From a virus (Duplodnaviria > Caudoviricetes): DNA of 55,283 nt. A model generated the notes under the pieces. It saw only the letters and a list, made by a program, of their open reading frames with translations. It had not been told where the DNA came from and did no database searches. The position numbers were made by a program, and so were the translations under genes. This document shows positions 18,043 to 26,526 of this stretch, piece by piece; the first letter of the stretch is position 1; every line of letters starts with the position of its first letter. The stretch lies in the IMG/VR virus record IMGVR_UViG_3300032239_000671, positions 1 through 55,283 of that record; one strand, 5' to 3'.

Positions 18043-20058
18043 ATGGGTCTGTTTTCTTTTGAACTAGCCAATGAATTTGTGGAGGCATACAAAGGTAAGA
18101 AGGCTCCTTTTGGGTACCGAGATGCTGCAGGTAACTCGGTAGGAGAAATCACATTCTTACGCACCTATTCTCGCTTGAAAGCAGATGGTACTAAAGAAAC
18201 GTGGGTTGAGGTGTGCCAGCGAGTTATCAACGGCATGTACTCCCTACAGAAAGACCATGCCAAATTGAACCGCTTGCCTTGGTCAGATGCTAAAGCAGCA
18301 GCCTCGGCTAAAGAAGCTTTTGACCGTCTTTTTAATTTGAAATGGACTCCACCCGGACGTGGGCTTTGGGTTATGGGAACCCCATTAGTTAATGAACAGC
18401 GTAACTCCGCTGCCCTACAGAATTGTGCCTTCGTATCAACGGGGTCAATGACCAAGACAGACCCAGCAAAACCATTCGCTTTCCTCATGGAAGCCTCAAT
18501 GCTCGGAGTGGGCGTTGGCTTTGATGACAAGGGAGCAGACAAGGATTTCACAATATATGCGCCAAAAGAAACTTACGAATACATCATCCCAGACACCCGA
18601 GAAGGTTGGGTTGAATCAACAGCCTCCCTCATCAATGCTTACCTCAAGCCAGATACGAAGGCTCCATTATTTGACTACAAAGAAATCCGCCCAGCAGGTG
18701 TTCCAATCAAAACCTTCGGTGGTACCGCAGCAGGGCACGAACCCCTAAAGAAGTTACATGAGCATATTGTCTCTATGTTTACCGGTAGAGCTGGTGAGAA
18801 GTTAACTCGCAGAGACTTGGCTGACATTGGAAACATGATTGGTGTGTGCGTTGTTTCTGGAAACGTTCGTCGTAGTGCCGAACTTCTTATGGGACGAATT
18901 GATGACCAGAATTTCTTAGACCTAAAGAACTATGACAAGAACCCTGACCGTATGGCCTATGGTTGGATGTCTAACAACTCTGTAGAGGTATCAGTAGGGC
19001 AAGACTTCTCTGCAATCATTGACGGAATTATTCGTAATGGTGAACCAGGAGTCATTTGGATGGATGTGACTCGTAAGTATGGTCGTTTGTGTGAGCCTGA
19101 AAACAACAAAGATTGGCGTGTAGCAGGTTACAACCCATGTGCTGAACAATCTCTTGAATCATATGAGTGCTGTACTTTGGTTGAGACTTATTTAAATCGT
19201 CATGATTCTTTAGAGGACTTCAAAAGAACATTGAAGTTTGCTTATCTTTACGCAAAAACTGTAACTCTTATTCCCACACATTGGCAAGAAACCAACGCAA
19301 TCATGCAACGCAACCGTCGTATCGGTACTTCTGTATCAGGTGTGGCTAACTTTGCAGACAATAAAGGTTGGTCAGAACTTCGTATATGGATGAAGGAAGG
19401 TTACAACTCCATCAAGAACCATGATACCAACTACTCAGAATGGCTTGGTATTCGTGAATCCATCAAGATGACAACTGTTAAGCCATCAGGCACAGTATCT
19501 ATTCTTGCTGGTGAGTCTCCGGGAGTTCACTGGGCTTCAGGTGGAAAGTTCTTTAACAGAGCAATTCGTTTTTCAAACAACGACCCAATGCTTCCTCTAT
19601 TCAAGATGGCTAACTACACGGTAGAACCAGCGTCAGAATCGCCTGAAACTACTAGTGTTGTTTTCTTTCCTGTAAAGACCGATGCCAAAAGAGCCGAAAA
19701 AGAAGTTTCAATTTATGAAAAAGTTGCTCTTGCAGCTACAGCTCAGAAGTATTGGTCCGATAACTCTGTGTCTGTAACCGTTACTTTTGACGCTGATAAA
19801 GAAGCAAGTTCTATTGCACCAGCTTTGCATATGCACGACGGTGACCTAAAGACGATTAGTTTTCTTCCTATGGGCAACCAGGTATACCCACAGATGCCTT
19901 ACACACAAATTACTGAGCAGGAATATGAGGACGCAACTATGAAGTTGTTTCCAATTGACCTTTCAGGCGTGTATGCAGGTATGGCTTCTGACGCTATTGG
20001 TGAGGCTTACTGCACTACTGATGCTTGTGAAGTTAAGTTAATTAAAGACAATCAATAA
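18043..20058 (+). CDS. nrdJ: Class II (adenosylcobalamin-dependent) ribonucleotide reductase
   Basis: PPGRGLW, LQNC, GNVRRSAE, NPCAEQ, TTVKPSGT, C-terminal CTTDAC. Confidence 0.95.
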   Translation: MGLFSFELANEFVEAYKGKKAPFGYRDAAGNSVGEITFLRTYSRLKADGTKETWVEVCQRVINGMYSLQKDHAKLNRLPWSDAKAAASAKEAFDRLFNLKWTPPGRGLWVMGTPLVNEQRNSAALQNCAFVSTGSMTKTDPAKPFAFLMEASMLGVGVGFDDKGADKDFTIYAPKETYEYIIPDTREGWVESTASLINAYLKPDTKAPLFDYKEIRPAGVPIKTFGGTAAGHEPLKKLHEHIVSMFTGRAGEKLTRRDLADIGNMIGVCVVSGNVRRSAELLMGRIDDQNFLDLKNYDKNPDRMAYGWMSNNSVEVSVGQDFSAIIDGIIRNGEPGVIWMDVTRKYGRLCEPENNKDWRVAGYNPCAEQSLESYECCTLVETYLNRHDSLEDFKRTLKFAYLYAKTVTLIPTHWQETNAIMQRNRRIGTSVSGVANFADNKGWSELRIWMKEGYNSIKNHDTNYSEWLGIRESIKMTTVKPSGTVSILAGESPGVHWASGGKFFNRAIRFSNNDPMLPLFKMANYTVEPASESPETTSVVFFPVKTDAKRAEKEVSIYEKVALAATAQKYWSDNSVSVTVTFDADKEASSIAPALHMHDGDLKTISFLPMGNQVYPQMPYTQITEQEYEDATMKLFPIDLSGVYAGMASDAIGEAYCTTDACEVKLIKDNQ

Positions 20059-20063
20059 GTTCT

Positions 20064-20108
20064 AAAGAAGAAAGCCCCCTAACCGTTATGGTTAGGGGGC
20101 TTCTTTAT
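20064..20108. terminator. Bidirectional intrinsic terminator
   Basis: AAGCCCCCTAACC-gttat-GGTTAGGGGGCTT between convergent genes with A/T-rich flanks. Confidence 0.85.
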
Positions 20109-20140
20109 GCACCTGCTTTTGCTATGGCTTTTGCTTTTGG

Positions 20141-20680
20141 CTACGATTTTTGCTTAGAAGGAAATTTAGACATCCAGTACTTAACTACTTTTGTCTTTGT
20201 TCCTTTCCATGCGCTCCAATCTTTGCCGCCATCGCTCATGTGATAAGCGATTTGGGCATTTACCACAGGGTTGAACAGTTCAGCATTAGAAGCCAAATTG
20301 AACTTATCCCGTCTATCAGCACCCATTGAACCAAGCATATTTACTTGGAATAGACCGTAGGAGTTATCCCCAGTCTTGCGATTACCATTGTGGTTTAGAG
20401 GGTTACCATGTGATTCTTTCTTTGCTACAGCCCATGCTTCTTTAAGGTCTTCACCTTTGAAGCCCACTGCACTTAGTAGTTCAACCAACTGAATATCGGT
20501 CAAACTATCTGCGTTCGCATACTTGGCTAGGGTACGAACTTGCAGGTTTTTCTTAGTAGTTAGTGCTTCGGCTTTTGTAGGACTAAAGGCTGTTGGTAAC
20601 CCAACCATTCCTTGAATCAAAACAAACATTCCTGTAAAGAACGTTCCGAATACTATCTTTCCTTTTTTTGTTAGTTTCAT
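20141..20680 (-). CDS. Membrane-anchored lysozyme-like / lytic transglycosylase (SLT family)
   Basis: N-terminal hydrophobic segment; AVAKKES (catalytic Glu), YGLFQVN, NAQIA, WSAW. Confidence 0.85.
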   Translation of the reverse strand: MKLTKKGKIVFGTFFTGMFVLIQGMVGLPTAFSPTKAEALTTKKNLQVRTLAKYANADSLTDIQLVELLSAVGFKGEDLKEAWAVAKKESHGNPLNHNGNRKTGDNSYGLFQVNMLGSMGADRRDKFNLASNAELFNPVVNAQIAYHMSDGGKDWSAWKGTKTKVVKYWMSKFPSKQKS

Positions 20681-20682
20681 AA

Positions 20683-22008
20683 TCACTCCAAATAGTCATT
20701 AACAACCTCGGCTGCCTTTGACTGCTGGTGACGGATACGGTGCAGATACCTCTCCGTCGTTACGATTGACTGGTGACCTAACCTTTCCTTAACCTCATGC
20801 ACATCTACTCCGTTCTTTAACAACTGAGTAGCGTTAGCGTGCCGAAGGTCGTGAGTGGTGGGATACCAACCAATACCTGACTTGTTGATGGCTTCGTTCC
20901 AAATGGCTCTCCATTTGTCACGAGGTAGGTGGCTTTCGCTAAGGCTTTTGCTATGGCTTTTGCTAGTGCTTCTGCTATGGCTTTCCCTTTTGCTAAGGCT
21001 TTCTACTTTGCCCTTTCCCTTGTCCTTTCTATAGTGACTACGGTATTCCTTTACCGCTTGCTTACACGCTTCACACCGACAACCGCCCACATTGTACGAA
21101 TACGCTGTTGCGTGTTGGAATGTTCTGCTCCCAACGGTGTAAGGCTTCCCTACGCTTGTCGTAGGGCTTCCTATTTTACTAGGCTTCTCAATTAACTGCT
21201 TTGAGAAGACTAATGCTTCTTTTGATAGGTCTTTTGTCTTTACAAAGGCTTTTATTTCTGCTACGAGTTTCTGAGATAGGACTACAGTTCTTTTGTTGCC
21301 GTTCTTGGTAGCAGGCACTACTAGGAATCTTTGCACCTCGGAATGATACTTATACCCTACATCACTAACAGTTCGTCTTACATAGACTTCTTTTGATTGA
21401 AAGTTAAAATCTTTTACTCTTAGTTCTGTTGCTTCCCCATATCGGCAGCCAGAAGCAATGAGGAAACGAGCCAAAAGACGACTCCCCTCTGTTGGAAGTT
21501 CTTTTAGAATCTTTTGGAAGTCTTCAGGCTCTAGTGAGTATGTGGGGTCAGGCTTTGGTACGGCTATCTTTATGCGGTGTGTGGGATTGGTGGCTATCGC
21601 TTCATCTTCTATGGCGAGCCTAAAGAGAGAACCTAAAGAAGTCTTTAAGTGTGAGAGAGTGCTTGGACTTAACCCTTTGCTTGCTAGGGTATCTAGTAAT
21701 GCTTTAATATCTTTCTTGGTAATGGCGGAGATGCGCCGAGTACCTAAAGAAGGTTGAGCATACTTCTTTAACAGGGTTAAATAAGTTTTGCGGGTGATTA
21801 CACGAATCTCTGTGTTGTTCGTAAGTTGTTCAAGATAATTGTTGAATGTCTTTTGATTTTCGGGCATTAGATTAAACTCACCTTCTTCGGCAAGTAATCC
21901 AGCGTTGAGTGCTTTAGCCCTAGAGTTGAAAGTTCCTACCGATTTGACTTTTCCATCTTTTCGGTAATAGGCGGTAAATCTGCCATTTCTTGCTACTGTG
22001 TAAGCCAT
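20683..22008 (-). CDS. int: Tyrosine recombinase / integrase with an internal Zn-finger and repeat insertion
   Basis: SGCRYGE (R), ATK (K), HDLRH, LGHQS, TERY; N-terminal arm-binding and core-binding regions. Confidence 0.9.
   Translation of the reverse strand: MAYTVARNGRFTAYYRKDGKVKSVGTFNSRAKALNAGLLAEEGEFNLMPENQKTFNNYLEQLTNNTEIRVITRKTYLTLLKKYAQPSLGTRRISAITKKDIKALLDTLASKGLSPSTLSHLKTSLGSLFRLAIEDEAIATNPTHRIKIAVPKPDPTYSLEPEDFQKILKELPTEGSRLLARFLIASGCRYGEATELRVKDFNFQSKEVYVRRTVSDVGYKYHSEVQRFLVVPATKNGNKRTVVLSQKLVAEIKAFVKTKDLSKEALVFSKQLIEKPSKIGSPTTSVGKPYTVGSRTFQHATAYSYNVGGCRCEACKQAVKEYRSHYRKDKGKGKVESLSKRESHSRSTSKSHSKSLSESHLPRDKWRAIWNEAINKSGIGWYPTTHDLRHANATQLLKNGVDVHEVKERLGHQSIVTTERYLHRIRHQQSKAAEVVNDYLE
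20931..21003 (-). repeat. Degenerate 12-bp tandem repeat AAAGCC(A/T)TAGCA inside the recombinase gene
   Basis: About 5 units encoding ESLSKRESHSRSTSKSHSKSLSESH; the same AAAAGCCATAGCAAAAGC recurs in non-coding DNA at ~20116-20133. Confidence 0.75.
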
Positions 22009-22041
22009 GCTGCCAGCCTACCAGCAAGTAACATATAGAAC

Positions 22042-22085
22042 AAAAAAAGGGGAACAGATTGCCATTTGGCAACCTGTTCCCCTTT
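22042..22085 (-). terminator. Intrinsic terminator ending the leftward early operon
   Basis: GGGGAACAGATTGCC-attt-GGCAACCTGTTCCCC with a T7 tract on the minus strand. Confidence 0.85.
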
Positions 22086-22088
22086 AGT

Positions 22089-22211
22089 TTATTTTATTTG
22101 TGTATCTTCTTTTGCAAGCCTATGCAACCAAGTATTGCGTTCAGCGTGTGTTTTCTTTCGGTGGTGATTGGAACATAGCACTACACACTTAGCAAGTTTT
22201 AGTTCTGTGTG
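22089..22211 (-). pseudogene. C-terminal remnant of an HNH endonuclease
   Basis: Frame reads ELKLAKCVVLCSNHHRKKTH, resembling EKCELVCANCHAERTH of the HNH at 37753; preceded by an in-frame TAG with no proper start. Confidence 0.6.
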
Positions 22212-22393
22212 CTATTTGTAGTTTCTCGTCTTTGTGCTTGGCTAGTTAAATGCCACTTACCACAGATATTGCATTTGTAAGTAGCGCATGGCTTTTTTCT
22301 AGCGTTGTTTAACCAATGATTTTTCCAAATAAGATTCATGGCTCTTTCTGCTTTGTATCGTGTTGGATACGCTGTTTTATTTTCGCACTTCAT
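22199..22393 (-). CDS. Small Zn-binding phage protein
   Basis: MKC..K..Y...YKCNICGKWHLTS; TGATG coupling. Confidence 0.7.
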   Translation of the reverse strand: MKCENKTAYPTRYKAERAMNLIWKNHWLNNARKKPCATYKCNICGKWHLTSQAQRRETTNSTQN

Positions 22394-22554
22394 CAGCGTA
22401 ATGTCTTTTGGACACAGTTGTAACAAAACCACATTACAACTTCATTATTGCTATTTATATCTTTGCCATTTGCTCGGATACCTTCTTGTCCACAATCGTC
22501 GCATACCCATAACTGGTCTGCTTCTGTTAGTTTGCGGATTATTAGTTCGCCCAT
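22393..22554 (-). CDS. Small Zn-finger protein (53 aa, not in track)
   Basis: MGELII..CDDC..CYNC; RBS AAAGGA. Confidence 0.7.
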   Translation of the reverse strand: MGELIIRKLTEADQLWVCDDCGQEGIRANGKDINSNNEVVMWFCYNCVQKTLR

Positions 22555-22709
22555 TATCGTTCCTTTCGTCTTTCATCTCGTAATGACACTTGAAGTATGC
22601 GTACTTTCTTGTGTAGTTCTTTGTTCTCTGACATAAGAAATACGATTGTTATGCACGCACCACAGAGTGCGATTATGAACGCTGTTAATGTTCCTGTGTC
22701 TAGTGTCAT
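22554..22709 (-). CDS. Small membrane protein (51 aa, not in track)
   Basis: MTLDTGTLTAFIIALCGACITIVFL then coiled coil; coupled start and stop. Confidence 0.65.
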   Translation of the reverse strand: MTLDTGTLTAFIIALCGACITIVFLMSENKELHKKVRILQVSLRDERRKER

Positions 22710-22855
22710 TCTTTATTTTCCTTTTCTATTAGTTCTTTAACGCTTGCATAGGTATTTGCACATAGGTAACAGATTTTTTCTGTTGGTACTCCAAACAAAA
22801 AAGCGTCCACTCCCGACCAAATAACTTCTTTTGAATCGCATAATTTACAGTTCAT
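22706..22855 (-). CDS. Small Zn-finger protein (49 aa, not in track)
   Basis: MNCKLC...ICYLC; ATGA overlap. Confidence 0.65.
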   Translation of the reverse strand: MNCKLCDSKEVIWSGVDAFLFGVPTEKICYLCANTYASVKELIEKENKE

Positions 22856-22861
22856 TTTTCT

Positions 22862-23092
22862 TTATCCTTCCCATAGTTCTTGCTCTTGGTTGTTTTGGTT
22901 TTGTTCTGCTTGCACACATCTTACGACCCACGCTCTTGTTTTATACTTTCTTTTATCTTTAATTATCCATTGAACGCCGTCGCTTACTTGCCATGACCAA
23001 CCCTTATCATCTTTGATAATTAAGTAATGGCTATCTTCTGTTAGGTATTGCCCTTGTGTTACTTTACGCAACTTCACAGGTTTTACCTTCAT
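22862..23092 (-). CDS. Hypothetical protein
   Basis: RBS AAAGGAG before MKVKPV; ends EQELWEG. Confidence 0.65.
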   Translation of the reverse strand: MKVKPVKLRKVTQGQYLTEDSHYLIIKDDKGWSWQVSDGVQWIIKDKRKYKTRAWVVRCVQAEQNQNNQEQELWEG

Positions 23093-23687
23093 TTGGTTCT
23101 CCTTTCCATAGTTCATTTTCGGTTGCTTCTACCTTCAACTTACATTCTTCGCATACCTCAGAAGTTTTATCTCCTTCGCATGATATTTGTTCCCAACAAT
23201 CTGAGCATTGGTGGTGTTCACCCATTAGATATTCCAGCCGTTCACAACCTGCGTCGTTTAGTGAGCCGCCCTCATACGAAGTTTCTTTACCCTTCATATA
23301 CTCATGTTCTCCCCAAAAGTCAGAACCACTTTCCCAGTAGGTGTAAGTAAAAGAAAGTTTCTTATGTTCTTTTGCTAGTGCAGAGATAACTTGAATAACA
23401 GGACTCCACGCCGTAGAAAAACAGTAAGTAAGTTTTCCGTTTTCCCATTCTGAATCATCTCTTTCAAGGTCGTTTAAATCCCATTTGCTACCCCAGTTTT
23501 CTATATTCCATTCGTACCAATCGCTATCTTTAATAGCAGGTCTTGGAATAACTCTGTGACATGAAAACACCTGTGCGTAGTGACTACCTGTTTCTTCGCT
23601 TGGTGTTATCTCAACCTTCTTCATCAACTTACTAAGTTCTTTTGGAGAACCTTCTATGATTAGTTCATTCAAACACCAATTAGGCAT
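23064..23687 (-). CDS. DUF1281/YubB-like ferredoxin-fold protein
   Basis: MPNWCxN start, WYEWNIENWGSKW, FSTAWSP. Confidence 0.75.
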   Translation of the reverse strand: MPNWCLNELIIEGSPKELSKLMKKVEITPSEETGSHYAQVFSCHRVIPRPAIKDSDWYEWNIENWGSKWDLNDLERDDSEWENGKLTYCFSTAWSPVIQVISALAKEHKKLSFTYTYWESGSDFWGEHEYMKGKETSYEGGSLNDAGCERLEYLMGEHHQCSDCWEQISCEGDKTSEVCEECKLKVEATENELWKGEPNEGKTCEVA

Positions 23688-24288
23688 TTTCTTCTTCTCT
23701 CTTTCTGTGTGTTAGTTGTCGGTAGGTATGCGATTTTCCTGTGGTAGTTGTGTATCCATACCGCACTAATCTAAATAAAAGTGCGCTATGGGTTACATTA
23801 AGTTCTTTTGCAAGACGATAACCCGATACACCGCTTTGCATAGTTTCATAAAGAAGTTTTGTGTATTGCTCTGCTTCTTCACGATTGGCTTTGCCTTTGC
23901 CTCTTACTAAAGTTGCTTTGGCTTGAAGTTCTTTTAGTTTTGCCAATACCTCAGCAGAAGGTAAGACTTTAATTACTTTGTCTTTATAGATTTCTACCAT
24001 AGGTACTTCGGGTATTGGTAAGTGGCTAACCTTTGATAAGTATTCTCCTGTGTGTTCTTCAACCGCATAAAGACGAATGGACTCTCTTGTTACATTGAGT
24101 TCTGTTGCTATGGCTTGAAGAGTCCACCCAGCCTTCCGCAATAGGCTTGCGTATGCTTTGCGTTCTTTAATTGGAAGACTTCTTAACGCTTCTCCAACTT
24201 CTTTAGGAAGAGTCATGTCTGTCTTTTGTATTTTTTTAGTGACAAGCACCCGTTCTTTTTGCACATTGGATTTATTATTTTGGTTCAA
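23680..24288 (-). CDS. Double helix-turn-helix DNA-binding protein
   Basis: GWTLQAIATELNVTRESIR and GVSGYRLAKELNVTHSAL. Confidence 0.75.
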   Translation of the reverse strand: MNQNNKSNVQKERVLVTKKIQKTDMTLPKEVGEALRSLPIKERKAYASLLRKAGWTLQAIATELNVTRESIRLYAVEEHTGEYLSKVSHLPIPEVPMVEIYKDKVIKVLPSAEVLAKLKELQAKATLVRGKGKANREEAEQYTKLLYETMQSGVSGYRLAKELNVTHSALLFRLVRYGYTTTTGKSHTYRQLTHRKREEENA

Positions 24289-24721
24289 CTTTTACTCCTT
24301 TGTTGATTAGATTAGTTAGTCGGGTTTGTAGTTTTACAACTTCTTTTGCAAACGCTTCTCTTGCGTAGTTGTGATACTTGTCAGGAATTTGGTCTAAGGT
24401 TTCTTTATCTAAATTATAGAATTGCGTATCTCTATACCTTAAACCGCCGTCTTTCTTAAACCCTCTTACTTGTATTGCATGAAGAGATACTTCCCCTTCA
24501 TGATTGCCATAACCTGTCTGATAAACAAGCCTTTCTAAACGATACTTAGATATAACACCTGTTTTCTTTAGTGTGTAAGTGGTGTTAGACCACACTCCCT
24601 CTGTTTCTTCAATACTAATAATGATTTGTTCTGTGTCTGCAAGAGTCACATAACAATTCACCGATAGGTTGCTACTTAGATTTACTTTTGTTTCTGTGTT
24701 GATTTCTAGTGCTGTTGTCAT
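24275..24721 (-). CDS. Hypothetical protein
   Basis: ATGA-coupled ORF in the early operon. Confidence 0.65.
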   Translation of the reverse strand: MTTALEINTETKVNLSSNLSVNCYVTLADTEQIIISIEETEGVWSNTTYTLKKTGVISKYRLERLVYQTGYGNHEGEVSLHAIQVRGFKKDGGLRYRDTQFYNLDKETLDQIPDKYHNYAREAFAKEVVKLQTRLTNLINKGVKVEPK

Positions 24722-24903
24722 TTTGTTTCCCATAGTTCTTTCTCTAGGTTGTTATCGGATACTTTTTTTATCATTTCGTTTTTTACTGCTTGATAGACTT
24801 CTTTATCATTTGCTCCTGTTGCTGTGGAATAAACAGAAAGAAAGCAAACTAAATCGTCATGGTCTAACGACTCAATAAACTCAATCGTCTTTTGAGGTAG
24901 CAC
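24718..24903 (-). CDS. Hypothetical protein
   Basis: GTG start with RBS AAGGAG; ends EKELWETK. Confidence 0.6.
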   Translation of the reverse strand: MLPQKTIEFIESLDHDDLVCFLSVYSTATGANDKEVYQAVKNEMIKKVSDNNLEKELWETK

Positions 24904-25237
24904 TCTCTTCTCCTTCTATATCCCATAGGTGGCTATCTTCTTTTGCTTTCTCTTTTTCTGCTAACAACTTCTCAAATTCATGTCTTGCCGAATCACGCAA
25001 CTCTTCTGAGAATCTTTCCCAAACATAGTCTGCGTTATCTAAAGAAGACATAACATTTTGATAGAAGTCTTTTGATATATCTGATTTAGTTGCTTCAATA
25101 AGGTTGCCCTCTTTATCTTCGTATTCAGTTTCGTTGATGATTTCAGCAAGGTCACCCTTTGTTTCCCAAATACACCAAACTTCTTCGTCAGGTTCTAATT
25201 GAGAAAAGATTTCTATAAGTTTTTTTGCTGTGTGCAT
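24881..25237 (-). CDS. Hypothetical acidic protein
   Basis: RBS GAAAGGA before MHTAKK. Confidence 0.65.
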   Translation of the reverse strand: MHTAKKLIEIFSQLEPDEEVWCIWETKGDLAEIINETEYEDKEGNLIEATKSDISKDFYQNVMSSLDNADYVWERFSEELRDSARHEFEKLLAEKEKAKEDSHLWDIEGEESATSKDD

Positions 25238-25254
25238 TTTTATTCCTTTCTTTT

Positions 25255-25971
25255 TTATCTGTAACGCTTGGCGCAAATCGGTCCGATACCACCAGCAACA
25301 CTTTTTAATTGTGTAAGTGTGCGACCACAATGGCAACAAACACCAACTTGAACAGAGTATTTGATTGCACTTTCTAATGTCAAACGATTAGAAGGTTGAA
25401 CCTTTTGCAAGATTGAATCTTCTTTTGCCTTGTCTGTTTCTCGTAGATACTTTTTGTAAGTGTCGTTGTATGACCACACTTGCCACTTCTTAGATTGGTT
25501 ACCGATACGAATGGAATAGATAACTTCGTCTAACAAATACGCACCTACTTCTGTTATTGCTATTGGTAAGGCTTTGACTTGTGCCACTTTTAATTCGTTA
25601 ATGATTGCAGATACATCTTTGCGGTCTAACTGCTCTAACGAATTTACTTTGCGGTTAAGAAGGTAGTGATTGAGAGTATCCAACCCACCTTCCTTCTTTT
25701 GAATTAGCGATTGTGCATAAGAAATTTGCTTTTCTGTTGCAGGAATAACTACCCCAGCCTTGTTAGGTAGCACTAACAACTTTGTTATTAGTTCACCAGC
25801 ACCCTGCACATTTAAGTTAGCGACATCAACTTTGCCAAAAGAATGTTCTTTTGTTTCTAGTAATGTCTTAATGAATAGTTGTTGCTTGTCGCTTGCGTGT
25901 CGGACTTGGTATTCCCCGTAGCCATTTGCACCTCGGCTACCCCCTGCTCTGTGTTTAGATAGTGTTGTCAT
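25255..25971 (-). CDS. Protein with repeated A(S/T)xKQ helical modules and a C-terminal DUF6011-like Zn finger
   Basis: ASDKQ / ATEKQ; CCHCGRTLT..S..GGIGPICA. Confidence 0.75.
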   Translation of the reverse strand: MTTLSKHRAGGSRGANGYGEYQVRHASDKQQLFIKTLLETKEHSFGKVDVANLNVQGAGELITKLLVLPNKAGVVIPATEKQISYAQSLIQKKEGGLDTLNHYLLNRKVNSLEQLDRKDVSAIINELKVAQVKALPIAITEVGAYLLDEVIYSIRIGNQSKKWQVWSYNDTYKKYLRETDKAKEDSILQKVQPSNRLTLESAIKYSVQVGVCCHCGRTLTQLKSVAGGIGPICAKRYR

Positions 25972-26380
25972 TTGTATTCTCCTGTTCTTTGTCTGCGTTT
26001 AGGTTTAGTAGTTTAGATAGCGTTGTTGTTTCCCATTCTTGGCGTTGCTTCTTTGCTTGCTTCTTTATCTCTCTTACTTCTTTAGCGGTTATCTGTATTA
26101 GTTCTACGAGTTCATATTCGTACTCAGAGTTTTGTTCAACACCAAACTTCTTTAGGCGATTAAAGTTTCGCTTTGCTAAGTCTTCTCTCCCATGACACCA
26201 GCCATAAGTTTCTATTTGATTAGACCCGAAGTTAGGTGCTTTGCTACACACAACTGCGTGCGTGTAGCAATTTGTTGCACTACCTCTCACAAACTTCATG
26301 CCGTTACTTGTTGTTGCTAAGTAATAGACCCGAGGTTGTCTTGTCCAATTTAGATTTACATTCAATAGTTCTTGACCCAT
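25955..26380 (-). CDS. Hypothetical protein
   Basis: RBS GGAAGG. Confidence 0.65.
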   Translation of the reverse strand: MGQELLNVNLNWTRQPRVYYLATTSNGMKFVRGSATNCYTHAVVCSKAPNFGSNQIETYGWCHGREDLAKRNFNRLKKFGVEQNSEYEYELVELIQITAKEVREIKKQAKKQRQEWETTTLSKLLNLNADKEQENTNDNTI

Positions 26381-26382
26381 TT

Positions 26383-26526
26383 TTATTTACCTTCCTTTAT
26401 CTTTTGTTGTAGTTCTGTTACTGCATGAGCAGACTCTCTCAACCCTTGCGAGTTGAGATACGCCTTCTCTTTACCGAGTGCTTGAAGAATTACTGCGAGT
26501 TCTGTGTTAGTTAGTTCTGTATTCAT
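26383..26526 (-). CDS. Hypothetical protein (47 aa, not in track)
   Basis: MNTELTNTELAVILQAL...; TAATG coupling. Confidence 0.6.
   Translation of the reverse strand: MNTELTNTELAVILQALGKEKAYLNSQGLRESAHAVTELQQKIKEGK

Noticed and set aside
1574-20058. Inteins or introns in polA, recA or nrdJ (also terL)
   Set aside because: The ORFs are continuous and of normal length, with no intein splice motifs or embedded endonuclease seen
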